A stretch of DNA of 63,918 bases, counting the filler, from Hausera hauseri (taxonomy: Eukaryota), in assembly GCA_046269625.1 (NCBI GenBank). It is 12 parts of 12 records of this genome, joined end to end, with 100 filler letters (N's around TTAATTAATTAA, not from the genome) between each part and the next. Parts side by side here need not be neighbours in the genome. Positions count along the whole stretch, not along the records: positions 23,109 to 28,912 come from JBJURY010186194.1; positions 29,013 to 33,170 come from JBJURY010729990.1; positions 33,271 to 37,880 come from JBJURY010506352.1; 9 more parts are not named here. The stretch is one strand, 5' to 3'. A program made the translations under genes and the position numbers. Shown here piece after piece: positions 23,493-35,819 of this stretch. Numbering within the stretch: position 1 is the stretch's first letter; every line of letters starts with the position of its first letter. A model generated the notes under the pieces. The model did not search any database. It saw only the letters and a list, made by a program, of their open reading frames with translations, and was not told where the DNA came from.

Positions 23493-26400
23493 CATTAATG
23501 CAACATGCCCCTGAGGTAGTATGCTTACTCCATTACGCAGGATCTGCCTTTTGTCATCCATCTAATCTAGGCTTTCCTTCTGTAATGTTACTGTCTCAAT
23601 GTTATAAGCCCTAGACTGGATCCTTCGCATCTCTGATATGATATGAATCTGTTCATGTACAATTCTCACATAGTCATCGAAGCCAATCTTCTTGGCTAAG
23701 GTCGTCCTTTGAACCCCTTTAGCCCGCTTCTTTACTTGAACATATACATGAAGGGCATACATTTTGGACCTAAGAACCACAAATCTCGAGATGATTGCCA
23801 CATTCACCTCGTCTTTGAATTTGCCTAGTCAGGATGCTCCTTCGGCTAGTCAGACGTATCCATATGCTGAGCCAACTTAGCAAAGTCCTCATAAATGTCC
23901 TTTGTATGGATCTGATAGATGAAACTATCAGTATCCATATACATCAGCTGTATGGACTTGAATGTGGGAACCATGATATCATAGTGGAATTTGTACATCA
24001 AGGTCTTTGACAGGCCTAGTATTGCCATACCCACATATATGGGCTTGTTAAATTGCAAAGATGTTTTCAGCATATGGACGCTGACCAAGTTCGCCGCATA
24101 TATGATGCTGCTGTGGGAGTTGGGCTTGTCAATGAGCTTCTTTGCCCGCTTCCACTCAGAGACCAGTTCGATGTTTATACTGTTGCGGATATTCTCCATG
24201 GTCTTGCCGAAAACGCTGTTGTTGTAAAGCTTGAACTGGTCCTTCTCAAAGTCGTTTTTGGCATTGGTCTGCAGCTTGGTATTGAGATCTATATAAGGCT
24301 GCAGCCAGTTGGACTGGCTGAACTGCAGGGCCCGATGGATTTTCATAATGCGGAGTCCGTTTCTTACCGCCTGATGGAGATTTATGTGGTGGACTACATA
24401 CCGCTCCCTACTATGCAGATGGCAGAGCAGCTTTCTGTTTTCCATGGGGCGGAGACTTGCTCCCAGGGAGGAACGGCAGCTGTTGATACCGTGTGTGGAT
24501 AGAAACCGGATATTCCGTATCCACCTCCAGTATGCATCCGTATCTCCAGTGGGATCCAGGTCCAGTATAGGGATGTCTTCAGGATGCTCGACCCATTTGA
24601 AGTCATCATAGGGCAATGGGACATTTATTTTTCATCCATAAAAGTTGTTGGCATCCAGGTATGATATATATATGAGGATTCCTTTGATGGATCATACTGG
24701 ACCATATATTTGTTGTTGGCCTCACTATAAGGTGAATGGCCTGGCATATTACGCCTCTAATGCCTCTCTCAATCATGAGAATTATGTCGTAATCCTTTAT
24801 GATCTGCAGCCTAATACCTGTATATTTCAGCATAGCTGCCAAACTCATCCCTAGAGCCGTAAAGAAATGAGCCGGATCCAATGCACGGCTCTATCGTAAC
24901 ATCCGTGAAACTCTCAAACGCATCCATCAGCAGCAGCACGTCCGTCCTGAGGTATATATCGCTGTATTCACCTAATTTTCGGCATTGGAATGCATTCCAG
25001 ACGTTCGGAGCATGCTGGTAGTCCATGTCACTGAAATCGCAATCAGAGAGGATATTGTAAAAGTCCTTCTTGGTCGACAATGAGGTCTCATCCAGTGTTT
25101 TCCATTAGGTTATATAGTCATAGGGAAACATGCCTTTCCTTTTAACAAGGTCAAATGTAGTACTGAAGAACCGGTTAGTCCCCTTGAGTTCTTCTGCATG
25201 GAGGTTCTTCACTAAACTGTCAAGTGAAGACAACATAAAATGGAAACTGTCTACGAAGCGAAACCTTATTTTCTCAAAATACTTCGTAAAGGTGATGTAC
25301 TTCTCCTCACTGTTAGGGATCACATCAATGTTTCCTTCAATGCTGTCCAGTTCCCGAACAATGAAACGGGAATCATAGCCACTGAGATTATGGAACACTA
25401 CAGGCACATGTGTACATGTTTTGCAACGTAGATTGCAGTTGTTGCATGCCGCGCCCCTATATGTGCCTGTAAAATGGCAGTGATCCCTGACTTTATAATT
25501 CTGCTTAGTGAATGATTTGGAGTACAAGTAACGTGCTGTTTCCTTATGCCATTCTTCTTGCTGCTTCGACATGCTCATGTCGTCCTTATGCTGCTGCAGC
25601 ATATCTCCAATCTTATGAGTCATATCTTCAAGTCGTTTCATGAAATGAGCTGCTGCGCCTGAACCCATGAATAGAAATGGCTCACTGTCCAGTCCTTTGG
25701 CATACATGCAATATGATGAAAGGTCATCATATTGGTATGCCGTTGTATTGCTATGTTGGGGATTAGGACTGCAACCCTGAACTGTACGCAGGATCGCTTC
25801 AAAGTCGCAATAGATAACTACTGGGACCTTGATCTTCTTCTCGAACTCCTTGAATTCAATGTAGTCCTCCTTGGGAAATTCCGGCCTGATACAATAATTG
25901 TTGTTGCAATACATCTTGTTCTCTGCGAACTTCAATACAGTTACATTGTCGTTGAAATGGGACAAGCATCGTTTACATATTTCTATTTGTCCATGATGTT
26001 TCGTAATTTGTTATCTGACTAGATACTCAAAGTCTTTGATCCAAATATAATGTTTCTTTTCTCCATCGTCTAGTAGGAGAAGATCCCTATGATCTTCCAA
26101 TTCAGTATCGCATATCTGCAGGGATAAAATTTGTCCTCCTCATCCAATATAAAGATATTGATGGAAATGTTGTTGACTTTTCCAAATTTTTTGACTTCAT
26201 CTATGGATGGAGGGAACTTGGTACATTGGAAATCATAGTTATGTTGCACATACTTATTTAGCCAAACTCGTGAAGCATGATTTTGATTCGTTACGAGTTT
26301 TCATAGAATGGCATACATGAAATACATGTTGTCGCTATTATAGACATTGACACATGCTTTTTATTAGCGATCCAATGAGGGAGCTGAATATATAAACTGT

Positions 26401-26787
26401 CCCGCATGGGGGAATATTTGTGCACATACACAAGCAATCTCTTTATGGTTATCAGAGTCCAGCCGATCTTCTTATCCTGGCTCTCCTGCTTCACGGATCA
26501 GCTTCTCGTGCGCCTCTTGCAGCCATTCTGCTATATTGGTGTTTTCCGATATTGGCCTATATTTGGTCTTGAAGGCCCTATTGGATTCTTTGCCATCAAC
26601 ATTGATGCATGTGGCCTCCAGTTTCATATTAATTTTAAGGGCTTTAAGCTTAGCCATGTTGTCCTGAAGAATTCCCTCTGTCTCGTCCTTTGTGTATAAG
26701 AGCAAGTCTTGGAGGGTTGTTTGATCAGTTGCATCAAAACATATCTGCGGCATTTTCTCTTTAATGATGTCACTTCAACTGACCGCT
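23493..26787 (-). mobile_element. polB: Polinton/Maverick-type protein-primed DNA polymerase B pseudogene
   Basis: YCDFEA (Exo I), VRDHCHFTGTYRGAACNNCN (endonuclease VII-like insert), FHNLSGYDS (Exo II), RKGMFPYDY, DVLLLMDAFE, YLDANNFYG-like, KLYNNSVFGK, YMDTDS. Many frameshifts. Confidence 0.93.
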
Positions 26788-27430
26788 TGTGGTGCCCACT
26801 GCAGCCCGTGCCCTTTGGCCCATTTTGGTTGGGCATGGCTGGGCGTCCGTTATCACCGCGTCGGATCAGTAGTAGGGTACGACTCTCCGCCTCAAGAATT
26901 TTACCCACTGGATTGGACAAATGACTATAAGAGGAACTGTCAGCAGAATTAATCAGTGTTCTCAATCTAGGATACGTTTAGAAGTCATCGATGGTCAGAA
27001 CCAGTTCGTTCGCAACATATGTAGCACCGACGATCGTAGCATATCATACCCGTTTGCAAAATTCTTTCATACTCTTCAACATTCAGTACATTCAGCTGAT
27101 CCAATTTCTCAGTTTTATTATTCGATTCATCAATAAAACGCTCCGATAATATCGAGTTCTATCACTGCCAACAAATGTCCAGATTCGTCTCAAAACCAAC
27201 TCCTTAGTCATCTAAATTCGTCGACAAACGTCGTTTCCTGCGTTTCTAATGCTAATCCACTTAATCCGATTTCTATTAAACCGGTTCCCGCGCCAATCGA
27301 CACAAATGGTCAATCTGTTACCAATCTTCGTTGTTTGTCAGTTAGTAGCAGTGCAAATGAAAGTAACTGTGGAGCGAGCAATACTTCTGTCAGAAACACG
27401 CCTAAAGAAACGCCAAATATTTATAAATTG
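26788..27430 (+). mobile_element. Repeat starting TGTGGTGCCCAC that cuts off polB; GC-rich leader then Ser/Asn-rich decayed frame
   Basis: 26788-26905 aligns with 35820-35940; both translate AGRPLSPRR. Confidence 0.6.
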
Positions 27431-29012
27431 ATGAAAGAGAAAATGATGTCGATGAACAAACGAGGAAATTAGAAAGAAAAGAACTCAATCGGGAAAATTA
27501 CTGAAAAGTTTAGAAGAAATTCGTCGATTGACTGATTACATGGCAAAACACGATTCTCATTCCAAACTTTCAAATTTCAATAGTTTTGTGGGAAATAAAA
27601 AACCAAGGAATTGACAGATACCGATCTGAAGGATCTTAATCTACTTTGATATCGGAAACTAGGATTTCCTTTACATTTACGTTGTTTTCTTTTATCTTGT
27701 AGCGCTTGTACATAAAGATTTCAAATTTTCTGACCACAATGTTTATGTTCGAACTGTTCGTTATATTTTAGAGCTGAGATCTTTGTTAATTTTGACTTGT
27801 TTTATACTATCTATCTTCTAGACCGGTCAAGTAAATGTTGAGCAGCGTTAGTGATAAGGAACGCAAATTCTTTCCAGAACTCAAACGACATCGCCTGTCT
27901 TCAATATCATATCTTAGAAGAAAATCGCAACTATTTGTATCAGCAATGCAAAACGGTAATGCTCTCTCAATTGCAAATCGCGAATGTAAAAAGAAACGGC
28001 CAGGTTTATCACAAGCAGCAAAACACTACTAATTGTTACGTCGGCCCTTGTATTTTCATACGCTACCTTTCTCGTTGTCAGTTCGGGATTTATATGATTA
28101 TTTGAGAAAAACGGTACAAATGAATTAAATTATGGTACTTCACACTTAAAAGCGATACTGTTCTTTTCATTTCATATTAGCAGTGCAATAAATCCATTTA
28201 TCTATATTTACATGAACAAAGCATTTCGTAGTGACATGTACAAAGTTTTTATTTGGATACAAGAATATACTGTACTGCAGTGTTGTTCGATTGAGTGAAT
28301 TTATTATTTGTGACAATTTATGTCTGCATGCAAAGGTTATAAAAACAGGATTTGTTTTGCACAATAAAAACTTTTAAATTCTAGTTTCGTTTATTTTGAA
28401 ATTCGTAAAAAAATGTCTAACTATTATTGTAAGTATGGTGAAAGAAAACACTGAAAACGGTGAATAAAGGTTTAGCAGATTTCTATCGAAAAGTTTTATT
28501 ACAGTCATCAACGTGGAATATGCTATTAGAATATACACGCTTCTGCACCGCTATCTTTGGATTTTTGATGGAGCATTTGTTGTTGCTGCTGCTGCTATGC
28601 GTTTTAGTCCTGCATCGGGCTTTGCTGCCGAAGTAGGCTGTACAACTGGATGTGCTGCCGAAGCAGGCTGTTACTCATTAAAGATGACCTTCTTTGACTT
28701 TGACTTGAAGTCTGTCAAATGGGCAATATGATCTTTGTAAAACTGCATGTATTCTCCATCACATACAGCCTCACATCCTGGGAAAATATAATAGAGGATC
28801 CTATTGAATTTGTGTCCATAATAGCTCCTCATGGTATTGTGGCAATTCTGAGGGTTGTGTATTGTACATGTGCAATACACATATGAACTGCATCTTTGAT
28901 TTTCCTTTGGCANNNNNNNNNNNNNNNNNNNNNNNNNNNNNNNNNNNNNNNNNNNNTTAATTAATTAANNNNNNNNNNNNNNNNNNNNNNNNNNNNNNNN
29001 NNNNNNNNNNNN

Positions 29013-29678
29013 CATCTCAATGTGCTCTATCTACCTGCACTTGGCCCCGATCAATTCCATTAATCCTGCGCTGCACAACTGCAAAAATGTGAAAAGTGAA
29101 AAAGTGCCCTGGCAACCGTATCCAAGAACACACCAATTTCGAGTACTGCACTGAACGATACTACATCAAGTGCTACACCCGCCGGTATATGTGCCATATT
29201 GATATTATTGATTTAAAATTTATAGCGGAAAGGCCTGTGGCGGTTCGATCCCACTTGCGAATTATTCGAAAACCGATCAATCTATTTAAATTTTATCTGC
29301 ACATTCACATAGCACATCATGTGTGGTACCGATTTCACCCGGTTCCGAGTGCTAATCATCAATGTTAGGAATATCGGAAATCCTGTATTATTGATTTTTG
29401 CACACTTGCACATGTGCTGTACACCTGCACAGTGCACCAATCGATGCGCACTGATGTGCACTATCTATTAGCACTTTGTCTCGATCGATTCGATCAATAC
29501 TGTACTGCGCAGCGATCGATTTGTCAAATGTGCAAAAGTGTGCATAGCAACAGTGCCTAGCGGTACCATCGCCTAGAACTCTACCGATCGATAGTGCACA
29601 GTGTGCTCTATCGATTGGCACATGTGCAATGTCAATTCGCACACCCCCAGGGGGACCGAACCGCCATTTTCCCCTACT
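29013..29678. repeat. Palindrome-rich repeat (ATCGAT/GTGCAC-rich) ending ...GCCATTTTCCCCTACT
   Basis: Multiple short palindromes; its right end matches 23109-23234. Confidence 0.75.
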
Positions 29679-30450
29679 GTGAATTCCTGGTACCTGTGTC
29701 GAAGTCGAACGCATCAAGTTATTTTGGACAGATCAAAAGAACGCCTCGGAAGTACATACAGTCAAAGCAATAATTTCAATTTAGGACGTCTGAAGGCGTT
29801 CAGAGTATCAAGGGTAACAATCGGCTCTTAAATTAAATCTTATCTGAAGAAAAATATCAGAATTAACATTTTTTGATGAAATGTCCAGGAATTTTTCAAA
29901 ACAAAAATCCATGGTAGTCCGATATATGTTGGGCAAATTCACACAGTCAATGAAATTCCCAAATACAATTTCTGATTAACATTTTAATTAACTGGGAATT
30001 ATTGATGACATTTTTTTTGATTATTTGGTCTTTGCAAATTTTTCTCAGTTTGATTTTATTCGTTGATTTTTCATTAATGTGAATTTATTTACCAGTAAAT
30101 TTGTCTTATATTTTTCCCATCATTGTGTAAATCAAATCGATATAAATACTGATTCAATTTTAGTTCCAATACAACAATTTTTATTGAAAAACGATGCAAA
30201 TGTTATTTGTTTATGACGGATATAAGCTCCATTGAATCGCTTAAATTTGAATTTTTTTATTTAATACTGTTGTTTATTTCATGTTACCATGACAACATAT
30301 TTATAAATAAGGTCGCGTGTTCAAACTTTAGCTAAATAAGTGAGAGTCGGCCAGTGTATCTCCTGGTGTCGTAACAACCCACAGGTTGCTAATTGATTAA
30401 ATAAAGTTTCAATGTCAAAAAGTCGAGAAACCCAAAACATATACACGTAC

Positions 30451-31590
30451 CTTAAAATACTTCACTCGCATGTAGTTACGCTTCAAAAGACTTTCCAACT
30501 CAAATTCCGGATCTGTAGAATTGAGAAAAACAATTTCAATATTGGATTTTTCACGATCTTCGTGGAAAAAATCCGAAAGAAACGATTGAGCCATCGTAAA
30601 AGTTACGTTCCCACAAACAATAACGTGCTTTCGATCTGCACGTTTTGCATATGATCCCGAATATGGCGATGCCGAAAATAGAATATTTGATATTTCTGGA
30701 ACGAAACTGGCAAACATAGCAAATGCAGTCATAATGAACATGCAGATAAAAACACGACCGAGTGCTGATTTAGGAACGATATCGCCGTAACCGACTGTGG
30801 ACATGGTGACGATCATTGCGTACAGACAGTCACCCAATGGCAAAGAGGGGGTAGCAGAATTATTCGGCATGGCCCATGGATCCCCTGTATTTTCTAACAA
30901 TTGATACATACCCGCTCCTGTAATCCAGACACATATGAAAATGGCAACCATTTGACAAAATCGGAGTTTCAACGGGGCTTTGATGATTCCGAAAAATTCG
31001 CAGAAATCCGATAGTTTGATGAGCCAAACTGAGCGAAAAAATCGCAATCCGGTCCAATACTGTTGGATCGCTAATTCAACGAAACTATGAGGAACGGTAA
31101 AGATGTCTGAAAGGGTGTATCGGTCAATCCAAAATCGCGGGTTACATTCAGATGACACAAGTCGAAACATAAAATAACACGCAAAATAACAGTTGCAGAC
31201 CAAATCGATATAGAGTAAATATTTCCGATCGTATTGTTGGAAACATACAAAGATTTGCGATGGAAAGGCGAATGCTTCATAAATGTAAATGACCAATGAA
31301 AGGAGGGTGCATAGAAAAGCAAAAAATACGAATATTTTCCCCGATGGGGTTTCTCCAGAAATGAATTTATTGATTTTTAATATGGTGTCTTCAAATCCGA
31401 CAATTTTCCTTGAATGCCATTTCAGCACCGATGTTGATGATTCACTTTTTTCTTTGAAACGCTGTTCGCAGTCGAGTACTTTCTGTTTTATGAAATAGTG
31501 CCAGACAGTCGTTAGAATGACTCCTGTGGCGTAAAAGACGAGATCTGTGGCTATGAAGTAGTACCATAGGTTGTCGATGCATAGAGACAT
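30451..31590 (-). CDS. slo: Slo/BK large-conductance Ca2+-activated K+ channel, first exon (S0-S6 and start of RCK1), divergent
   Basis: ISGETPSGKIFV, IDLVCNCYF, GLRFFRS (S4), LENTGDPW, TMSTVGYGD selectivity filter, AMFASFVPEI, KHVIVCGNVT, FLSDFFHEDR. Donor AAG|GTACGT at 30450. Confidence 0.95.
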
Positions 31591-32444
31591 TAGTTGGTAC
31601 CGTTGATACGATTTGAGATTAATTAGTGTTTAATGATGTTACTGTATGCATACTGCATATAAGTTTAGTCAATAAGTGGGGATGTGTGCGTTAAATATTA
31701 TAGACTTCTGTTTCTGTTATAAGTCATTTGATTGTGCAATTTTAATTGCAAACACATCTCCAATTTCTTCCATTCATATACTAGAGCCAAAGGATGTGGA
31801 GTACATTTAGCAGAAATTTAATTTTCATAAGACAACAATTCAAAATAAACGTTACAACAAACACGCAATAAATTGAAATTGAAAGGTCACCAGTCAATCA
31901 AAGTAAATATCGTGTACGTTTAGTAATAGAAAAAGAACTACGAGTAAAACTCTCCTCAATGACTCTTCAATTTCATAAACTTTGTGACAGTAATTGACCA
32001 CACACCAATCTTACTAAACGACCATTTTTCAAATTTAATTTGATTATTGATTATTATTTGAATCTGTATTAAATGGTATGCCTATCTGTTGTTGGCTATC
32101 TGGAGAAGCTACGGCTGAATTGACGGATTATTTTCGTAATTACTTTTTGATTCATTGTGGTAATTGACTTTGTGAATAATATGAGAATTGTTTTTCAGTG
32201 TTTTTATTGTTAATTGTCATAGACTGACTTTAACTTTTTTATTCTTTATTAACTTCGTTATCGATTCTTCAAAATTCTATACGTAATTAATAAAAGTTAG
32301 ATTGCATGGCATAGATATCGCTGAAATGGCTTATTGGGACATTAGTCGTACCGGAATCGGTTATGTGAAAGATATTGCCATGTTTAATATGTTTAATATC
32401 CAAAGCGGAACATTACTAAGATCTATATGCTTTGTATTTTTTAG

Positions 32445-33170
32445 ATTTTGTGGAAAACTACAATTTACGATGACTCTTTCAACCTATTTTCAAGGATATC
32501 GAATCTGTCGAGATTATCGATATCGATTCGTGAAAATTCTCGAATGTCTACTAATTTTAGTGACTCTATGTGTCATAGCCACTGCCGTAATCGGTGTTCC
32601 TTTTGTCCAGTTCATTTCTGCTGTTGTTGTCATGTTTCTGATTGCTGTCTTCTCCATTATATATCTCACATCCCAGGACCAATATCTCGTACAAACCGAA
32701 ACCGAGAACAAACCACTGATTGTGTCATATTACGTAATATGGATAATCGGACTAATTTACTGTTCATTCTACTTGTATATGTGTTACCATCCCGAAATCT
32801 GGAACATAATTACCATTCATTTTGACAAGTACTTCGTCGTTACGGGTGTTGCCTTCATTCTCCTCTCTGCGTCGTTCGTTGTCAAAATTGTTCGATCCCA
32901 GCCAATCACCGATGCCAGGATTTTGCATTATATCTATACCTGTGCTGCATTCTTTACGTTCCTATTTGCCTTCCTTGTCGTCATTTTGTCCATTATCATC
33001 AATGACTTCTCCAATTTAAATCGGAATATGTCTGATCGAAAAGTGTTCATCAACATACTCATTTATAAACTACTGGCCATTGCCTACATTAACTTCATCG
33101 TCCTCATTGGCATTGAGGCTGTCAATGTTATTTTGTCCATGTCCAAGGAAATTAAAGACAGACTGTTGAA
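32445..33170 (+). CDS. Multi-pass membrane protein (at least 6 hydrophobic segments), family unrecognised, truncated by contig end
   Basis: Open frame 32302-33170 with regular hydrophobic helices. Probable acceptor TTTTTTAG near 32444, or start at MTLSTY. Confidence 0.6.
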
Positions 33171-33270
33171 NNNNNNNNNNNNNNNNNNNNNNNNNNNNNN
33201 NNNNNNNNNNNNNNTTAATTAATTAANNNNNNNNNNNNNNNNNNNNNNNNNNNNNNNNNNNNNNNNNNNN

Positions 33271-33450
33271 CAGAGACTTAAATAAAGAGATAACTCCTAA
33301 ACACCGGCGTGCTGGATCCAAAATGACCCACGAAGGGGCTCCCCAGACAACCTAACTTTTTCAGCGGGGGGTGATGTAGTGCCCACATTGCCTCACTCAA
33401 AAAATAACAATATATAAATCTATATGTGTACATTTTTAAAAGGTGTTGTT
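33271..33450 (+). repeat. ORF-X 3' end, G tract and TGTAGTGCCCAC at 33375
   Basis: PACWIQNDPRRGSPDNLTF, then GGGGGGTGA-TGTAGTGCCCACATT and an AT-rich tail similar to 4727-4800. Confidence 0.7.
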
Positions 33451-33639
33451 TAAGTAGTCGTATTCACTTTTATTGTAAAATTTTAAGTGAAATAGAATTC
33501 TATTTGTAGTTTTAGTGTTGCTTGATCGCAATCAAATTGTTCAAATTATTCGGGCATGATCGAGACAAAATGAAAAATTTTCACAGGATAGAAGGGGTAT
33601 AAGTTGTGGAAGTAGATGGTGTGGTGACGGTCGTAGATT

Positions 33640-33930
33640 TATTGAGGAAGGTGAAGGGTGTTGGTTTAGAGGTAGTTTTATCTGTAGTGTCAATGGTGGG
33701 TGAAAAATCTATGTCATCACGGATACGAATGTGTACGTGAATAATGATATATAGGGTTGAAAGAACAGAAAGTTTGCGAAAATTGACATTAATTAAAGGT
33801 AGATCATGAATAGTGTGGTAAAAATCAGAGATATTAGCAAAGTGTTGTACGCAGTCGTGTAAGTAATGTGCATCCATAAAATACGTTGTTTTATATGGGA
33901 ATAATTGGCGATTATTTAGGAAAAATAAAA
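33640..33930 (-). repeat. Segment homologous to the pre-gag region 1165-1420
   Basis: Both encode SPTIDTTDKTTxKP with mostly third-position differences. Confidence 0.7.
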
Positions 33931-34995
33931 AGAAAAGAGTACGTGTAGGCCATAGTGGTTGATATGGTGACGGAACAGACCATGGCATGGGGCCCACTGA
34001 CATAGAACAGATATACGGGTAGTCGGTCACACTGTGATGCACCCGAAAATTCGGGGGGATAGACTCCCCTCCAGTGGGTCTAGTCAGAGATACAAACTTC
34101 AATTTCGGTTTGTATCTGTTGTCAGAAAATATTATGTCGAAAGAGAGTAGCAATTCAGTTCCAAGAAGTTGTGTATGGGTACAAAACTGTGTAGTTGCAC
34201 AGGTGGGAAAAGGAGAGACAACATGTGGACGGAACATATCGGAATGTGTCATAATTTTCCCGTTATCACCAAAAGTTACAATGTTAATAAAAATCCAATA
34301 TTGGTGGATGTCAACAAGTATGGAATAGAATGTTGTAAACATGGAATACTTTTCAATTTCATCAAAAAAACGCCAAATATTGGTTTCAACTTCACGTACG
34401 AATTATGTTGGTAAAGAATTAAAAGCTGGGCCATAGTTTTAAAAAATTTCTTGGAATTAGTACAGTTGTAAAATAAGCGGAACAACGCAGTCCTCCATGC
34501 GTATAAGTTGTAATACACCATGCCAGCGAGTTGAAAATTTGTACCGGTGACAATAGGCAATATTTTAAGAAAAAAATAAAATTTATCTGGAAAAGATATA
34601 CAAAAAAACATTCGCCGACAAATCTGCACACAATAATCATTCTTACCCTGTCGTGCACCAGTTTCTCCAACAAGCACAGCGTAGAAGTGTCCATGAAAAC
34701 CGTACATGGCCCTTATGATTTCTGGCATGCAACATCGCCAAAACGGGACTGATTGACCCATTGACCGAAAGCGTCAGGTTCCATTCGTATTGTGTCTATT
34801 GTCAACGGCGACTCCCCATGTGCCACACTGGTGTCATTGAAGCAAAGAGTTGCCATCGGCCAGAATCTGGTTTGCAGAATAGATCTGGCACAGTCTGCCA
34901 TAAATCGTACTAACGCAGTCGGTAAACACACATTGAGAAGGTTTGAGATGAACGTGATCAAATTTTCCGTATGCATCTGTTCAATGCTGTCCTCT

Positions 34996-35099
34996 ATTAT
35001 ATTTTTAATTGGGATAGTTTCATATACAGATGTTTCAAAAATTTCTCTATCAACGAAACGTCTACCAATTTTGCGTACTGTTTGATGTGGATGATAGTC
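34996..35099 (-). pseudogene. BAH domain fragment (ASH1L/polybromo-like)
   Basis: YHPHQTVRKIGRRFVDREIFETSVYETIPIKNII resembles the BAH core YxRPxETxHxxxRKFxxxExFxxxxYxxxPxxxI. It is fused to an unidentified exon-like segment (34649-34995) ending at a GTAAGA donor. Confidence 0.55.
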
Positions 35100-35819
35100 A
35101 AGTTTGATGCGAATGAAACAACCATGGGTAATATCTTCTGTATCAATACCATCGGAATTCGGTGTAAAATTATAAGTTTAGAGGTTTGAATTGTGCAAAA
35201 GCTTTGTATAGGTAGCATAATACAAGTACTAAAATGCAGTCGATAAAACAACTGGTGAAAACGTGAGGAAACAACAACTTCAGATTAGAAGGTTTATTTT
35301 AATAAATGTAGGTTGACGGAGTGATCTCGACGTCGTGTGTAGGCGGAGTTTGGCTTGACACCGTGTAAGAAGTTGGTGATGTCCTCGACGCCACATGGTA
35401 TTTGTTTGAGGTTGTTTCGTCTGTTTTAAGACAACATTTCCGTGAATATTCATTTAGGTTGTAGTTGTCATTGTCACGGTTGCTGCTGTCGTTGTTTGGT
35501 TGTTTCATTTTTGCATCGCGTGTAGTCATCAGCAGAAAAGCTATATGAATATGATAAGAATATTAAAGAAATTGATCAGAAAATTATCTGCGTTGACGTC
35601 TGCATCCATTCGATTGAATTTGTATTTGATATCTGATAGTGACGATGAGAATTACTGTTAACAATTGAAGAGGTTTCTCCACCATGTGAAAACGATGAGG
35701 TGTTGATGACGGTATGGCTGATAGAAATCGTGTGCTGATGAGCTGTCGTCAGTTTTGAGGAGACCACGTGACGTAGTCGAGCCGATGGACAAGTTCCACA
35801 ACGAATTGATGAATGATGG

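Noticed and set aside
28520-28912. Cys/His-containing minus-strand ORF fragments
   Set aside because: Short, interrupted and without an assignable motif.
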